Shown piece by piece: positions 24,933 through 39,900 of a stretch of 64,000 nt of DNA (positions are counted from its first letter, which is position 1; each line of letters starts with the position of its first letter). Made by a program: the position numbers and the translations under genes. Below the pieces are notes generated by a model. It ran no database searches. It was not told the origin of the DNA and was given only the letters and a program-made list of their open reading frames with translations. Origin of the DNA: Chiloscyllium plagiosum (lineage: Eukaryota); assembly GCF_004010195.1 (NCBI RefSeq), contig NC_057752.1, positions 3,896,379-3,960,378 on the forward strand. The letters are read 5' to 3'.

Positions 24933-27900
24933 GTAAGCACATTTTAGTTTTGCTAATATTGGGATGTGGCCATGATCGGTGAAGTTATTCATCTAGCTTT
25001 GTGAGACTGAGTTTTAGTCAGTATACAGAGGAATCTTTACACAGGCCTGAACCCTAACTGGAATCTGTCAAAAAGTTGCAGTAAAAAGGTGTGTGTGTAC
25101 GTGTGTGCACGCACACGGTATTTGGAGACTCACCCCCAAAAGACAGCAGCAGCAGTCTTGTTGGTGTCCAGTCCGGCTGCCTGGAGGAGGGGAGGTGTGG
25201 TGTTGGGGGGGTAGGGGAGGGGTTGTGTTGGGGGAAGGGGGCTCGCGAGCTGTGATGCTGCCTTATCTCCTGAACAGGGAGCAGACTTTACAGAAAACTC
25301 TGAGCCCCAGAGGGAAGGCAATGAATCGATTTACTGAATAATCAATTATCTGAACGAAATAGTGCCCGCCCATCTCGTTCAGACAATCGAGGTTTTTCTG
25401 TATTTGTATAAAACCGGGGGAGAGGACTCCAAAACTGGCTTGGTGAGCAGTAAAACTGCGTATCATGAAGCTTTGTAGACCAACTGAAATATTTGGACTA
25501 CCGAAGCAATTCATTTGTTTCCAGCACAGGATTTCAATTGTTTGTATTTCTGCTGGTACTTTATGCTAATTCATTTTGACTTTACTTAATGGTGTCAAAA
25601 GAATAACAGTGACTTTGTATTAAATTGTATTAAATATTAATTTCTCTGCCTGTGTTTCCACTTTACATTGATTCAGTAGTTAATCTGTGTATTTTCACTT
25701 GTTGCTAAGCTTATTGAAACTATACCCTCTCTCCACCCCCACCTTCCAACATGCTTATGTTCTGCCCCAGGCTGATCTCTCATTTTCAGTGTATTGGTTT
25801 CTCAATCTCATTCTGGTTTATCCCAGTATCAGTTGCTTAAAATCCATACTGCTCAAGTTTCTCCCACTTAAATCTCGTGTCCTACTGGTGTGAGCAGATT
25901 TGTTCACTGTCCTACTTCGGTGTGTTTAATCAGTGAACAAGTCTGACCTTGAATAGTCCTTTCAAAGTGGCTGGACCTGGGAAGTTTTCTGCAGGAGAGA
26001 GCTGCAGAATTTGAAAAATACTCTATTTGGAAATTAATCACTCTCTCTGCACGCAAACAGTCTGGACAATGATTTGCATTCTCCAGATTCAAAGTATGGT
26101 GCTGGAAAAGCACAGCAGGCCAGGCAGCACTTTGTTCCTTGGATGCTGTCTGACCTGTGCTTTTCCACTGTTTTTGACTCTGACTCTCCAGCATCTGCAG
26201 TCCTCACCTTTCTCACCTTCCAGATTCAGAAGAGCCTTAAGATCTAAGAGTCTTTTTTATTTTGTTTTGCCCAAGTGATCCTTTGGGAAGAAAAATGACA
26301 ATCTTTAAAACAAAATTGATACCATATTCCTACATCAACATAGCTGTTTCACATCAACCAATCTAGTATTGATTGTATCTTATGGAGCTTTTGCTTTCGG
26401 TAAGCATTTTTAAAAAATTTATATCATTGTCTTTTTTTCATTCCTTGCAGAATTTATTCAGTTAGCCAAGAACTTTGACGAATGTAGGAAAAAATGGCAA
26501 AAGACCGAACTGGAGCTTTCCCGTGCTACAGAGTGCCTAACGAAAGCTGAGACTGAGCGAAGTGCTCTTGATGTCAAATTAAAGCATGCTCGTAACCAAG
26601 TTGATGTAGAAATGAAACGGCGGCAGAAAGCAGAAACCGAGTGTGAAAGGCTGGTATGTCTGGTTGATCTTAAAATTTCATTTTCATTTTAAACCAGTGA
26701 TAGAAGCAGACTGGCTTATTCGTCTCTCTATATTCAAACTTAACCAGTAGATTTAAGGAACCACCTCCATAATATTAAAGGACCTTTCCACTGAATCGAG
26801 CAGATGTTGCAATTTGATTTCTATTTGTCTTTCCCACATTCCCTCCCCCTACTGTAGTGTGACGACTGTTTTTGGATACAGGCTAATCTTTGAGACCAAA
26901 AACATCACTTTTTTTTTTGCTTTCTGGATGGCATTTATGGCCAAACTTGAGATGAACCACGAGCAGGGAAATAGATGGAATCTTTGCTACATTCTCCAAA
27001 TGCCTCATGAAGTTGCAAATAGTGTTGTGAGATGAATGAGTGCAAACTGAATATTGGATGTAAGTTTGCTCGCTGAGCTGGAATGTTTGTTTTTCGATAT
27101 TTCGTCACCATACTAGGTAACGTCAATGAGCCTCCGGCCTTCTCAAAACTCACCACCACCTATGGACGCAATATGCTAAAACTTGCCCAAAGATGGGAAA
27201 CCAACACGATCCACCAGAGCGTCACCCGGGAACAACTGTACTTCTGGCAATAATTCCTAAAGAAGCAGGAACTACCCAAATGTCTTAAATAAAAACCTTC
27301 CCTTAACACTCTGCTAGCCAAAGGAATAGCAGAGCAAAACAGCTGCAGAATGCTTAAAGAAATGATTAGCAATGTCCACATCTGACTCCATAAATACAAC
27401 TGGGAAATTTCATGCCAAAAAATTTTACTCACAAATGTGACAGACTTTGAATGTACGATGAGCCATAGCCATTTGGCAGCGACAAACACAATGAAAACTA
27501 GACCTGCAGAAAATCTGCAAACTCTCAAAATAACAACACAGACAACCTCGAAGCAAGACGACAAACTCACAGAAGAAACCCGGCAAACCATCAGACAGAC
27601 AGTCTCACCAAAATTAAGCAGGAAAAAGGAAGGAAACACTCTACGCAAGAAAGGGAAGCACTAGAAGGACTCCAAGATAAAAACATTGTTATCCTACCTG
27701 CAGATAAAGGATGCTTGACAGTCATTTTAAACTGGACAGGCTACATTGAAAAAGCGAATGCACTGTTTGCAGATACTGATGCTTACCAACAGGTGGCGAT
27801 AGACCCGACCCCCACAACGAGAGAATCAAATCACAGCTCTACTCAAACTTGAGAAATTTGGAGAATTAAACAAGATTGACTTCTAAAAATTAAACCAGGT

Positions 27901-30900
27901 GGACCCACCATTCCACATTTCTACGGACTACCCAAAATTCTCCAATCAAGAGCCCCCCCCTCTCAGACCCATAGTCTAGCTACCTGGAACACCAATGTAC
28001 AGATTAGCCAAGGCACTGCACCAAAGACTAAACCACTTAGACTCCTGCCACTCTGTTCACTTTACTCTGAACACTTCAACCCCAGGACATCAATGTGGAC
28101 TTCACTAGTTTCCTTATTTCCCCTCCCCCCACCTTACCCCAGTTCCAACCTTCCAGCTCAGCACCATCCTCATGACCTGTCCCACCTGTCAATCTCCCTT
28201 CCCACCTATCCACTCCACCCTCCTCTCCGACCTATCACCTTCATCCCCGCCCCCGTTCACCTAATTGAAGTGTTCAGCCACGGGGTGGTGGGGTTAGGTG
28301 TGGGTGTCCCAGAAACTCCCCACCCCTGAAATATCACCTTCATCCACCTATCGCTTTCTCAGCTACCCCGCCCCCACTTATATCTCAGCCCCGATCCACA
28401 AGCCTCATTCCTGATGAAGGACTCTTTCCCGAATGGTCAATTCTCCTGCTCCTCATGCTGCCTGACCTGTGCTTTTCCAGCACTACACTGTTGGTGACAA
28501 AACATCTGAAAATGAATCTTCCAGCTCAGTGAGTAAATTTACATTCAGAACCTCAACCTGAGCTACAAATCTTCTCAACAGGCTGAATATTATTTGACCC
28601 ACACTTACTTGCAGGTGAACTGATGCATAGACTTGGCAATGTACTAATACAAATAGCACCATCTGAAAGAAGAATGATTCCACGAAGGTTTGGTTTGCTT
28701 TTGCAGCAAACCCATTGACAAATTCTTTGAGTGCATCATTGTCTGATTAAACCTTTTTTGGGAAGACTTGCACATGGATAGTGCAAGTTCTAACTCATCC
28801 ATAATTTGTGGATTTTATACAGGTTGGGGATTGTTTATCAGCAAGTGTTGGGACCAGCTGGTTTTTGGATAAAGGATGCTTTCAGATTTTGGGGTTTGCT
28901 ATTGTTTAGGCTGTTTGGGGAAAATAATTTTACTTTTTTTTCTGACCATGAGATTACCTAAAACTTTTGCCTCCACCCCCACCCCCCAACCCAAGTCCCA
29001 AACAGTTCTGTAGAGGTGTTGAATTTGGCCCTTTGGAAGAAATAACTTTGTTTGGCATAAATGGACCTAAAAGCAAAGTTATTTTTTCCCCTCAAGTGCC
29101 CAAACTTGGTATGTCCACATCCATTTTTGGATCTTGTTTCTGAAAAGACCTTTTTTGGCTTCTAGGTTTTTTGGTTTTCAGAGCTACAGCCAATGGATAC
29201 TCAACCTATACTTTTCATATTTAAACTCATTTCTTTTGAAGTAAATATTGGATGAAGATTTCTTTTTTAAAATCCTGTGCTATCCATCACTAGAATGTAT
29301 GGGTTTTTTTTTGCCTGTTTTGATTCCTTTTTCTCAAGATCGTTGTTAGCACACTGTTGTGTCCAGATTGTGGGTTGAAGTTCCACTGTAATACTAGCCT
29401 TACAGTGCAGTATGAAGAGTTTTTTTACCTTGTCAGATGTCAGGTAGTTGGAAGATCTTAGCGATCTGTCTGCCTAGATCTTCTGTTTATCTTCTCTGCT
29501 GTCACTGAAAAGACCAGAAGGATTCAACACTTTGCATGCAGCAAATGCAATCAATGACATGGTTTTTGCTCCTAAAGTAGCTACTACATTTTACCTAAGT
29601 AACAAGTGATTGCACTTCACAAATAACATTTAGATATGATCCAGTTTAAGTGACTCTGTTGAGGTACTTAACTACATGCAAGTTCTTTCTAATTTTTCTA
29701 ATGATTTATAACAGGAGAAAGAGCCAGGTGCATCTGGCCATCACACAATAATGCTATCATCTCATCCTGTCTCCTCCTGCTTTGATCACATTTACTACAG
29801 TTTTATTTTAACAATCTCTGAAAGTAAGTTGCAGCGCAAGTGGTATTGACATACAGCGGTACCTTCATTAATAATACCTGAGTAACTGTGTTTAAAAAGA
29901 AAAATACTGGAAATAAAGTTTGGATCTAGTAGTATTTATATAAGGTATCTCTCACTGTCTGCTTCGTTCTCACCATTGCTTTCTACAAAGAATTATTTGT
30001 TACATATTGAAAATGCTTAGCAAGCAATCAAAACTGTTGAAATGGAATTTTTATTGCATCTAGATTTGGATACATATAAGGGGATAACCTACAGAGAAAC
30101 AATCCTTCCCTCTCTCATAATCCTATGTTTTGGTAGCAAATAGTGAGGCCACTCTCATTGAGGGAGAAGAGCTGAGAGATCTAGGGATATGCTTCTGTAA
30201 ATATCTGAAAGTGTGCAAGGTTAATAAGGCCATAAAATTGCAAATAAAATGCTGGGCTTCATTTCTAGAGGGAAGGACATTGAGTAAAACCTGTGTAAAA
30301 TATTATGGGTCATACAGAGTTCGGAGTAGTTTTTCGGATCTATATGATGAAAATGTGAGAGGCATTGGAGAAGTAATGATGTCCTGTGGTGATACCAGAA
30401 TGGAGGGCTTGGTTTGGGCAAGCCTGGGATTTTTCTCTTGGAGAAAATTGAGGGATGGCCTTTTGATATTTCCATTTACAGGAGAGACCATCTGAGTTGT
30501 GTATTAAAAAAGTCAGGGAATGCCACGGAAGTTCCTTTTTAAACCAAAGCAATTATGAAACTGGAGAACCTTGCTCTTGAGTAGCCGATGTGAATAATGT
30601 AGATTAATCTTTAAAGTGAGGAAATTTGTTGCTAAATTTATTTTGATTGGATTACAATTTGTGATTAAACTTGTGACCACCAGTTGGTGAAGTCGTTGAT
30701 CAGAAGTCAATCTTTTACTTACTTTGTTTCACTGAGTTGAACTATGTGCACCTTGTGAATTTATTGCACCAGGTACTTTTTGTTTCCTTGTTTTTTTTTA
30801 AACTAACCTGTTGTGATATAAGACACCTCTGGGGCAGGTGAGCCTTATACCCAGGCATTCTGGCTTGGGGTAGGAACGCTACCACTCTACCAGAAAATCA

Positions 30901-33900
30901 CTGGCTCAAGTCATCACTCATTCAGTTCTATCCAGCTATACTCATGAAATTAACCCCAATTTATGAAACTTAAGCTAATATTTAAGATATTTTAATGAGC
31001 TTCATGAAGTATTGTATCTACATGTGCAGTACCTCAGCCCTAAGTTTGAGCACTCGGGACCATTATTACAATCCCAAATTCTCTCCTGTTGCCTCTATTT
31101 TATGAAGCTGCAGGCAAAAGGAAAGAAGGTGCTTAGAGGTTGACCTGCTGCATACCCGGTTTAGAGATTGTGAAATCTAACGAGGCTGCAAAGGGTTTTT
31201 TTTTGATGTGTGAGACAGAATGAAAGACAAATCTTTATTCAATTTCCACCACCAGGAAGAAAGGAAACACCCGAGTGGCCAGTGACAAGCAATGCCCTTC
31301 TCCGAGGGCAATGATGCATGATCAAAAATGTGAAGGGGAGGGCAGGGATTAAATCAAAATAAATTGGAGGGGGAAATAAAGCACTCCACTCCCTGCGGTG
31401 CCTACCTCCCGCTGAACAGCTCAAGGGAGTTGGTAGACACCGCGTGCTCCTTCTCCAGAGACACCCGGGATCAGGAGCATGGGGTTGGAAGTGAAGCCAA
31501 AAGCCGAGAAGGTAATCTAGAAAACTAAAAAGGGAGTACAAACTCCCATTCCCCCATATATACATGGTCCACGGGCTCCACAGCACCACAGAACAAGCAG
31601 TTGGGTTGGGAGTCTGTGAACCACCGTGATCTGCGGTAGGAAGATCACTTTACATCAAATGCCTTATTTGCAGCCAGACATGAGAAGTAAAATGATCAAT
31701 TTGATCTTGTTTCTAAAATGGAACAATTTAAGTTGAGATCTCCTATGTCCTTTAAGAGTTACTAATTGATGCACTATGCAACACTATATTGCATTTTGGC
31801 TGCTCAGAATTGTACTTAAGGCGCAAAACACTTTTAATGCAGGAGGTAGCAAACTGTAATTGAGATGCCTCCGATAAGATGGCACTCTGAGAGCTGTGCA
31901 ACAACCCTAATTGTAGAGGGTAAACTGGTTATGAATGAATGCATCCATTCACTCTATTACATAAAGCTGATTCTGTAGGATGCTGCAAAATGGCAGAATC
32001 CTAAACGCTTCATGAATGGTAGTTGCTGGTATTCAGGTTTGTGCTTTGGAGCCACCTAAGCGTCGATAGAGAGCAAGGACCATGGAAGAAATAGAAAATG
32101 TTGGTACCTACATGCACTCTGAAACTGTCATCCAATGAAAACTGTCCCATCTACACAAACCATAATATAGTCATTGACTCTTGAAGTGCAGTAGTTAGCA
32201 CTTCTTCCCCTGTGCATGCGTATATTGTCTGCTGACTGCAGAAGGTGACCCACAGTAATTAAACTTTATGAACGAAGTATGGGGAAGTGGGGGTAAATAT
32301 TAAAGTCTCAAAGGATCACTTTGTAAGACCATGAAATACAGCGAGCACGATATTGCCGATAGAGAAGTGGAGCCCAAACGTCTCCATTAAAACCGGCCTT
32401 TCAAGGGCTCTACTCCAGCAGGAGAGGTTTTTGAATTTTAAGGGTGAGGTTTACACTGTGGATGGAGCCTTGAAAAGAAAAATGAAATTCAGGAGTAGAA
32501 TGCTTCTTTTAGATGGTTTCTCAACCTGCTCAGAGATATTAGTATGCACTTCTGGAGCAGGTGGGACTTGAACACAGGCTTCCTGGCTCTGAGTTAGTGA
32601 CACTACCACAAGCAAGGCCCCAAGAATGCTGCTTATGATATAGCTACACATAACTTGGCCTGATCCAACTGAAATTGGATGGAGGTCTGTTGTCTGCAGT
32701 ACCTCATTTATCTCACAGTTGTGAAAACTTGGGATTCTAATGTTATGGTCATAGCCCAAAATAATTTTATTGAAGTACATGTACATATTCAGCTAACCTA
32801 TCAACCATTGCGCTTTCTGTAAACATTTGTTCCCTATTAATCTTCAATAGTCATACCACTCCACACTCAAGATGGTGTTGAAAAATATTTCAGTCCTATG
32901 TATGCACATAGGTCTTGGTGCAGTGATAACATTCCTGCGTCTGAGCCAAAAAACTGAGTTTGACTCCCACACCAGGACTTTCTAGCCATGGAAAGTGCAT
33001 TTGTAATGTGTCTAAACCTGTTAAATAGCAGTATGTAAATTATTTTAATATGGCTGATGACCAGCTGTAAGAATGGGAGAGTTTCCTGGTCAGCTATCCT
33101 GTGGAGGACAATGACAAACCACTACAGCCTATAAACATGGGCCAATCTAATGAAATCTGTAGCCTTTGGAAAAGAGCATGGGGAAAAAGACACTAAACGT
33201 GAATATTGTACAAGACCTGATTGCTGTGTAGTGGAGCTTCTTGATCAGATTAGTCCCACTTTCTCCCTCTTGATGGCAGTGACTGGTGCTTGGAGTACAG
33301 CCTTAGGAATAAACTGGTAATCTGGCCCTGTTTTCATTCTTTTTACTTGAACGTAAACAGTGACAATAGCAGACAATTTAACCATTGCAGCCCAACCCTA
33401 ATATTACCCTCGCCTGCTATCAATATGTATAGGGATGCCTGGAGAATGATCAAAAACAGGCACTGTGACCACATTAAGATAAGGTTAACTTGAGCGAGTG
33501 ATACTCTTCTGTTATAGTAATTACTTTCTTTCATTTAAGGAACGTCAGATTCAGCTTATCCGAGAGCTCCTCATAACAGAAGGCTCGACCAGCATTCAGT
33601 TAAATGAAGAACAGAAGTCTGCTCTTGCTTTCCTCAACCCTAAATGCTCAAATTCTAATGGATATGCATCCAACAAACGGTAGTACTGCTCAGTTGCCCA
33701 CAATTTTTTGTGCTGTTAGTTTTGGGGTAAAGCTTCATAATTGCAGAGAAAAAATTGTTGCATGTGGTTTTTGCATCTTGTTAAATCAGGAAGAGTGCAG
33801 TGAGAATTTCATTCGACACTTAAAGGATATCAAATGAAGGGGCAGTTTTTTTTTATACAAAGTACTTTTCCACACACCATAATTATGCTCAACTCTTTTT

Positions 33901-36900
33901 TTTTCCTGGCAGTGGTGGAAGCACAGATTTTCCTTCAGCATTGGAGACTGTCCAGTTAACACTACCTATTTTCCTCGATGCTCCAATAGTTATAGTTACA
34001 TAAAAGATCCATGAAGTTCAAAGTTTGTGAGAAGATTTGTAGCTCGGGTGCTCGTTGCTGTGGTTCTGTTCGCCGAGCTGGAAGTTTTTGTTGCAAACGT
34101 TTCGTCCCCTGTCTAGGTGACATCCTCAGTGCTTGGGAGCCTCCTGTGAAGCGCTTCTGTGGTGTTTCCTCCGGCATTTATAGTGGCCTATCATTCATGT
34201 TGCTTGTCATCTGCGTGTGTGGCTACTAGGGATAGCTGGTCGTGTCGTTTCGTGGCTAGTTGATGTTCGTGGATGCGGATGCACAAAACACTATATAGGA
34301 CGGCACGGTGGCACAGTGGTTAGCACTGCTGCCTCACAGCGCCAGAGACCCGAGTTCAATTCCCGCCTCAGGCGACTGACTGTGTGGAGTTTGCACGTTC
34401 TCCCTGTGTCTGCGTGGGTTTCCTCCGGGTGCTCCGGTTTCCTCCCACAGTCCAAAGATGTGCAGGTCAGGTGAATTGACCATGCTAAATTGCCCGTAGT
34501 GTTAGATATGGGGTAAATGTAGGAGTATGGGTGGGTTGCGCTTCGGCGGGTCGGTGTGGACTTGTTGGGCCGAAGGGCCTGTTTCCACACTGTAATCTAA
34601 TCTAATCTAAAGGACAAACAGGAAGACAGCTAACGATCCCCATCCACGAACATCAACTAGCCACGAAACAACATGACCAGCTATCCCTAGTAGCCACACA
34701 CGCAGACGACAAGCAACATGAATTTGACTGGGACAACACTACCATTATAGGGCAAGCGAAACAAAGAACAGCCAGGGAATTCCGAGAAGCATGGCACTCA
34801 TCCACAAACTCCATCAACAAACACATCGACCTGGACCCAATATACCGGCCACTACAGCGGACAGCTGAAACTGACAACCGGAAGTGGCAGGGACAGGCCA
34901 CTATAAATGCCGGAGCAAACACCACAGAAGTGCTTCACAGGAGGCTCCCAAGCACTGAGGATGTCACCTCGACAGGGGACAAAATGTTTGCAACAAAAAC
35001 TTCCAGCTCGGCGAACAGAACCACAGCATCCATGAAGTGCCCTCGTACAAACAGCTCGGGGCTTGGCCTAAACATCCAGAGGCTGCTTTTGGTGCTGCCT
35101 GTCCCTGCGAAACCATCAAAGAGGACAAGAGTGGAAATGCTAGATTTTCAGATCAGATCTCCAGAGCAGTACTCTGGGGGTTCTAATTTCTCCTGTTCCA
35201 GCAGTTTTAAATTGGAATCCTTCCAGGATGTTTTAAGACCCTGCCCATGCCTGATGTCACTACACTCAGTATTGGAAAAGAGAATCCATTCTCAGCTCTT
35301 AAAGCCAGCAAAGAACGGCAAATGATTCAAGTCAATTATTTTCTTTTAAACGAGTGTACTTTGCGCAAAATTTTTTTTTTCCTTTTCTCCCCCTCCATTT
35401 CCCTTTCTCTTTTAATGGTTAGCAACGGAGCACTCTAATGTGCTGATCAAGACAGTTTAATGTTTTAGTCAACTACTCTCGACTTAAAAGTGAAATGAGA
35501 GATTGCTTCAAAATACTAAACTATTAAACTTGGCTTGTACAAACATTTGATTGTATTATGTGTTTTGCTCATTAATTATTCACCATGGAATTCTAGGTGA
35601 GAAATTTATAATCCAGAATTTTTTTTTAAATCAATAAGTGAAGTTGATCAGTGCTGCAGACATTTGGAGATTTGATGTGCCAACTTGGCTTACTGAATAT
35701 ACTCTCTCTTCTGAGTAAATTTGTGCAATTAAGTCCAACTCCAGAGCTCCAGTGTATAATCTCAGCTGACATTTTAGTACAGTACTCAAGAAATGCTCCG
35801 TTCCCTGGGGGTGCCATCTCCAAACTTTAGTCCCGATGCCTGTTGAGCTGGATATTAAAGGTCACACTGTTTCGCCTTTTCAAAAATGAAATTTCCTCAA
35901 TTAGCATCACTGAGTCAGATTAACTGGTTATTCATCTAATTTTCTGTTTGTGGGACCTTGCTGTGCGCAAACTGGCTGCTGCTTTAGCCTGCAAAGCAAC
36001 AGTAACTGCATTTCAAAAGTGAGCTTTAAAGTGTCTTGCAAATGTGAAAAGCGCTATCTATTACTTGGCATCACCTTGGCTTGACTGTAAGGTACTGTGC
36101 CCACTTATGGTCAGTTTATCCAGTTTGAAAGTTTCCTTGCTCTCAATGAAAATGGAGAGAAATAAAAAGGATCTTCTGTAGTCGTGGGGGTTTGCCATTT
36201 ATCTCCATCCTTGAGTGACACCTATAATCGCAATATTGCTGCTGCTTTTTATTTGGAAACAAATGTGCAGCATACATGCTATTAATGACTGGTGAGGTGA
36301 TAGGGTAATTAAGTCAAATGAATGTTCTTGGTGTGTTGATGATCACTGAGTATTCTTTCTTTTTTTGTTTTAAGATTATCAACAATAGATGAGTCTGGAT
36401 CGTTTGTCTCTCATTCTGATATTAGCTATGACAAGACCGATGACTCGTTGGTAACTATTTTGCATTTTTGATTTGTTGGAATTGGAGACATGTTAATGGC
36501 TTTGATTTACATTAATCTGTCCAGAATTAAATTGCAGAAATTATAGGCTCCTGTGTAGGCAGTTACTTGTTGATATCAAACTTCTTCTGGGGTATGGTAA
36601 GGCCACTTGACAAAATACCTTATTTCAATGTCTGCTATTATAGACAGATTGAACGTGGAATTTACCACCATAACACAGACTTTCAGGCATACTAATGTAG
36701 ACTAGTGGCAAGCAGATGCTTGTGAGAGAGTTGTGGGAAAGCATAACTGTCGATACTGGTTTCTCTGAAACACTTTGACAAGCAGAGTAAAGCGCTCATT
36801 AGCATAGAGAATGCAAAAACAAGCTAAACATCTTAAATATCTGGGTGCCCAAATGTCCCCCAAGTTCAAAGAAATTTATTGCATTTCAATTATTATGTAA

Positions 36901-39900
36901 ACACTCATAGTGATCTGATTGTGCTCAGAAGGCTGACTATTTCATCTGCAGTTTATCTAATGTAGCAACTTTGTGTGGATCTAGATTGAAAACCGTAACC
37001 AGGCAATATTTCCCAAAAGTTATTCACGATTAACAAAATAAAACATTCGTTGTTTAAACAGTTGTCTCTTTCTTGATGCAGGACTGGGATTCCTCCATTG
37101 TGAGGACTGTGAAATTAAAGAAAAGAGAAAAACGGGTAGGTTTCACACTTTAAAGTTATTTATAGTTCAATTTGAACATAATTGGTAAAGTCGCCAAGAA
37201 TGGTCCCAAATTCAATAGATACACTGGCAAAAATGTTAAGCTATTATAACTCCGCTTAGGATGTGCATATTTGCATGGTATTTGTTGCAAGAATGATAAC
37301 CATCCAGCTATATATTCCCTCTGTGTTAATTTGCTTCCTTCACAAGTTGAAGACTTCCCTTGCAAACCATACAATTATTTCATTGCAAGGTATTTCCATT
37401 GAAGATAGCATTGTAATCGTGCCAGCTGAATCTTCGAAATGCGAGGGTAACAAGATCCATCTGCATGGCGTTTTGTATTCTTTCTTTCTTTAAATAATAT
37501 TCTGTTCTTCCTACCAAAGTAATAATCTTACATTTTTTTCCAAAACTATATTATCAAATTTTTGCTCACTCATTAAAACTATCTAGACCCCTTTGCAAAT
37601 TTTCTATATCATTCTCATAACTTATTTTCCCACCTATCCTTGTATTCTCAGCAAATGTGTCTACAGTGCACTCTGTGTCTCTTTGTCCATGTCACGAATA
37701 TAGATTGTAGTTGAGGTTTCAGCACTAATCCCTGTGGCGCTCAACTCATTAGTTTGCAAACTTGAAAGTGATCTCTTTATTCCAACTTTTTTTTATTAGC
37801 CAATCCTCTATCTATTACTTCAAGTCTCTGCCATTTCCTTATTTCCTGTTACTAATCCATTAGTCCCACAATCTAAAAGAGCAGTACTTGTTTTGGCTAT
37901 TCTCTCACTTTTTGTATACTTGCAGAAGCTCTTACTGTCTCTTTTTCTATTTCCATGCTAATTTGCAATGGTATTCCAATTTCTCTCTTGTTTTTAATCA
38001 CATTTTTCTGCTTTTAAATACTTTGCCAATGTTCTGGCCTACCACTCATCTTTGTGACATTTTACACCTATTCTTTCAGTTTATTGCCATCCTTAACTTC
38101 CCTTGCTAGCCACGCTATGGCACCCTTCTCTAAGTCTATCTTTCTCAATGCAACATACTTTTTGAGTTCTGAAACATCTCCTTAAATATCTGTACTGCTT
38201 CTCTGCTGTGTTAACTTTTAGCCTATTTTCCCAATCTATTTTCACTATCTGTATTGTCATAGTTTTGTAATTGTTTTTATTTCAGAAACTAATTTCAGAT
38301 CCAGGTTTCTCCCCTTAACCTGTCACATGGTTAAAATGAAAAATGTCTTCCTTCAAGCCATGCTGTCCTTTGAAAAAAGTGTTTTCTGTTCTGATTGATG
38401 TGAAAGCAGTCTACAAAAGCAAACTTTTCCCTTCAGGAGGTTTCTGGTACACCTGTCTAAATCTATTTATACCTGGATTTAAGGCCATGAGTAATATAAT
38501 TTTCTTCACAGCTATAGTGTGCCATTGTACCTTACCTTGAAGCACTTCAATACAATTTTCCAATTAACGTTATAAATTAGTGTACTAGATTCCTTACTAA
38601 TTGCATGGCCATTATTAAATCCGCCTTTATCAACTGGCTTTGCATTCAGCAAGAAGTTTCTGGTACACTTGTGTGAAAGGAGGCGATTTTCCTGGAAAGG
38701 TCATGGGTAGTGCATTTGCAGAAATAGAAGGTTAGAAATTCACTCATGGCTGTACAGCAATGTACTTTATTTGAAATCACTTTTTAATATATAATGTTGA
38801 TAAGAAAATTGTTCATGCACCAGATTCATTCCTGATTGATAATGGCTGTGCAACCAGTTATGGCTAATTGTATTAAAAATTTTGTATCTGCTTCCTTCTA
38901 GCGTTCTTCAAGAGTCTTGGTTGATGTCCAGCCAGCACCAGCTAAGCGTTCACGATCAATTGAAAAAGTGAGTATGAGAGACAAACGTAATTTGTAGTAG
39001 TTGGTAGTGTTTGTGAGACAGTTGAGTTTGCGGTAACAAAAGCATGATTGAGAGTTTCAGCAGCAAATGAGTTGAGATGGGGATGAAGATGGGCAATATT
39101 AGATCTGGAAATGAGCAATCTTTACATAAATCTGACATCACAAGATCATCTCAGAACCAAGTGTGGCACCAACATTGTGAAAAGAATTGTTTAATCTCAG
39201 ACTAGTACCAGTGAGAGAGATGGATACAGTAGCTTGAAAACAGAGTTTGGTGTATGGACCAAAGACAACAGCTTAAGTCTTCTCTTGAGTTGGGCAAGAT
39301 TCTGCTCAACCAGTGAGAGATACCAAGTTAAGCAAGTTGACCATTTTAGCCAAGGGACACGGTGTGGGATTGAGGTTTAGTGTTATTAGCTTGTGTGAGA
39401 GATTTTAAAGATATGCTTTTGGGTGACAGGTTTGGTTACCTTTTCAGGCAAATGACTCCATTGTGGCTAAAACCACTCTGACCTTGCCAAATAATGGCGG
39501 GCCAATCGAGGCAGTTTCTACAATTGAGACAATACCATACTGGACAAGAAGCAGGAGACGAACAGGTAAGCTCTATTGACAAAATGTTGAAGTCTTCTCT
39601 TCTGAGTTAACATTTGGTGAACAAGATGGATGCTGACAGAAATGTTGCATTTTGGAAAGTTTCCTCTAGAAACTAAGGAATGTGGTTTCTTTCATATGTT
39701 ATTTGTTGCAGGGTATTTTAAGAATTTAGTATTAGTTTGTAGTAAACTCAAGGATTTATGCTTTATAATACTACTAAATTGGATTCTCACTGCATTTATC
39801 CAGAATTTGAATTCTGCAAGATTTCTATCTTTCACATTGCAGTTGGGACTTGTGGTTAAAGCCATTTACAGCTATTGCCTTTGTCCAAATGAAGTTGACT

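Larger units (their letters stand above)
34018..35027. mobile_element. Family C PLE with inverted pseudo-LTRs and GIY-YIG fragment
   Basis: Arms ~34056-34189 and ~34896-35027 are inverted; HYIG/QTGRQL...HEHQL...[11 protein letters not shown]; perfect TSD ATCCATGAAGT at 34007-34017 and 35028-35038. Confidence 0.88.

Noticed and set aside
34302..34375. tRNA gene
   Set aside because: The A and B boxes continue into a V-SINE core and tail, so this is a SINE head.
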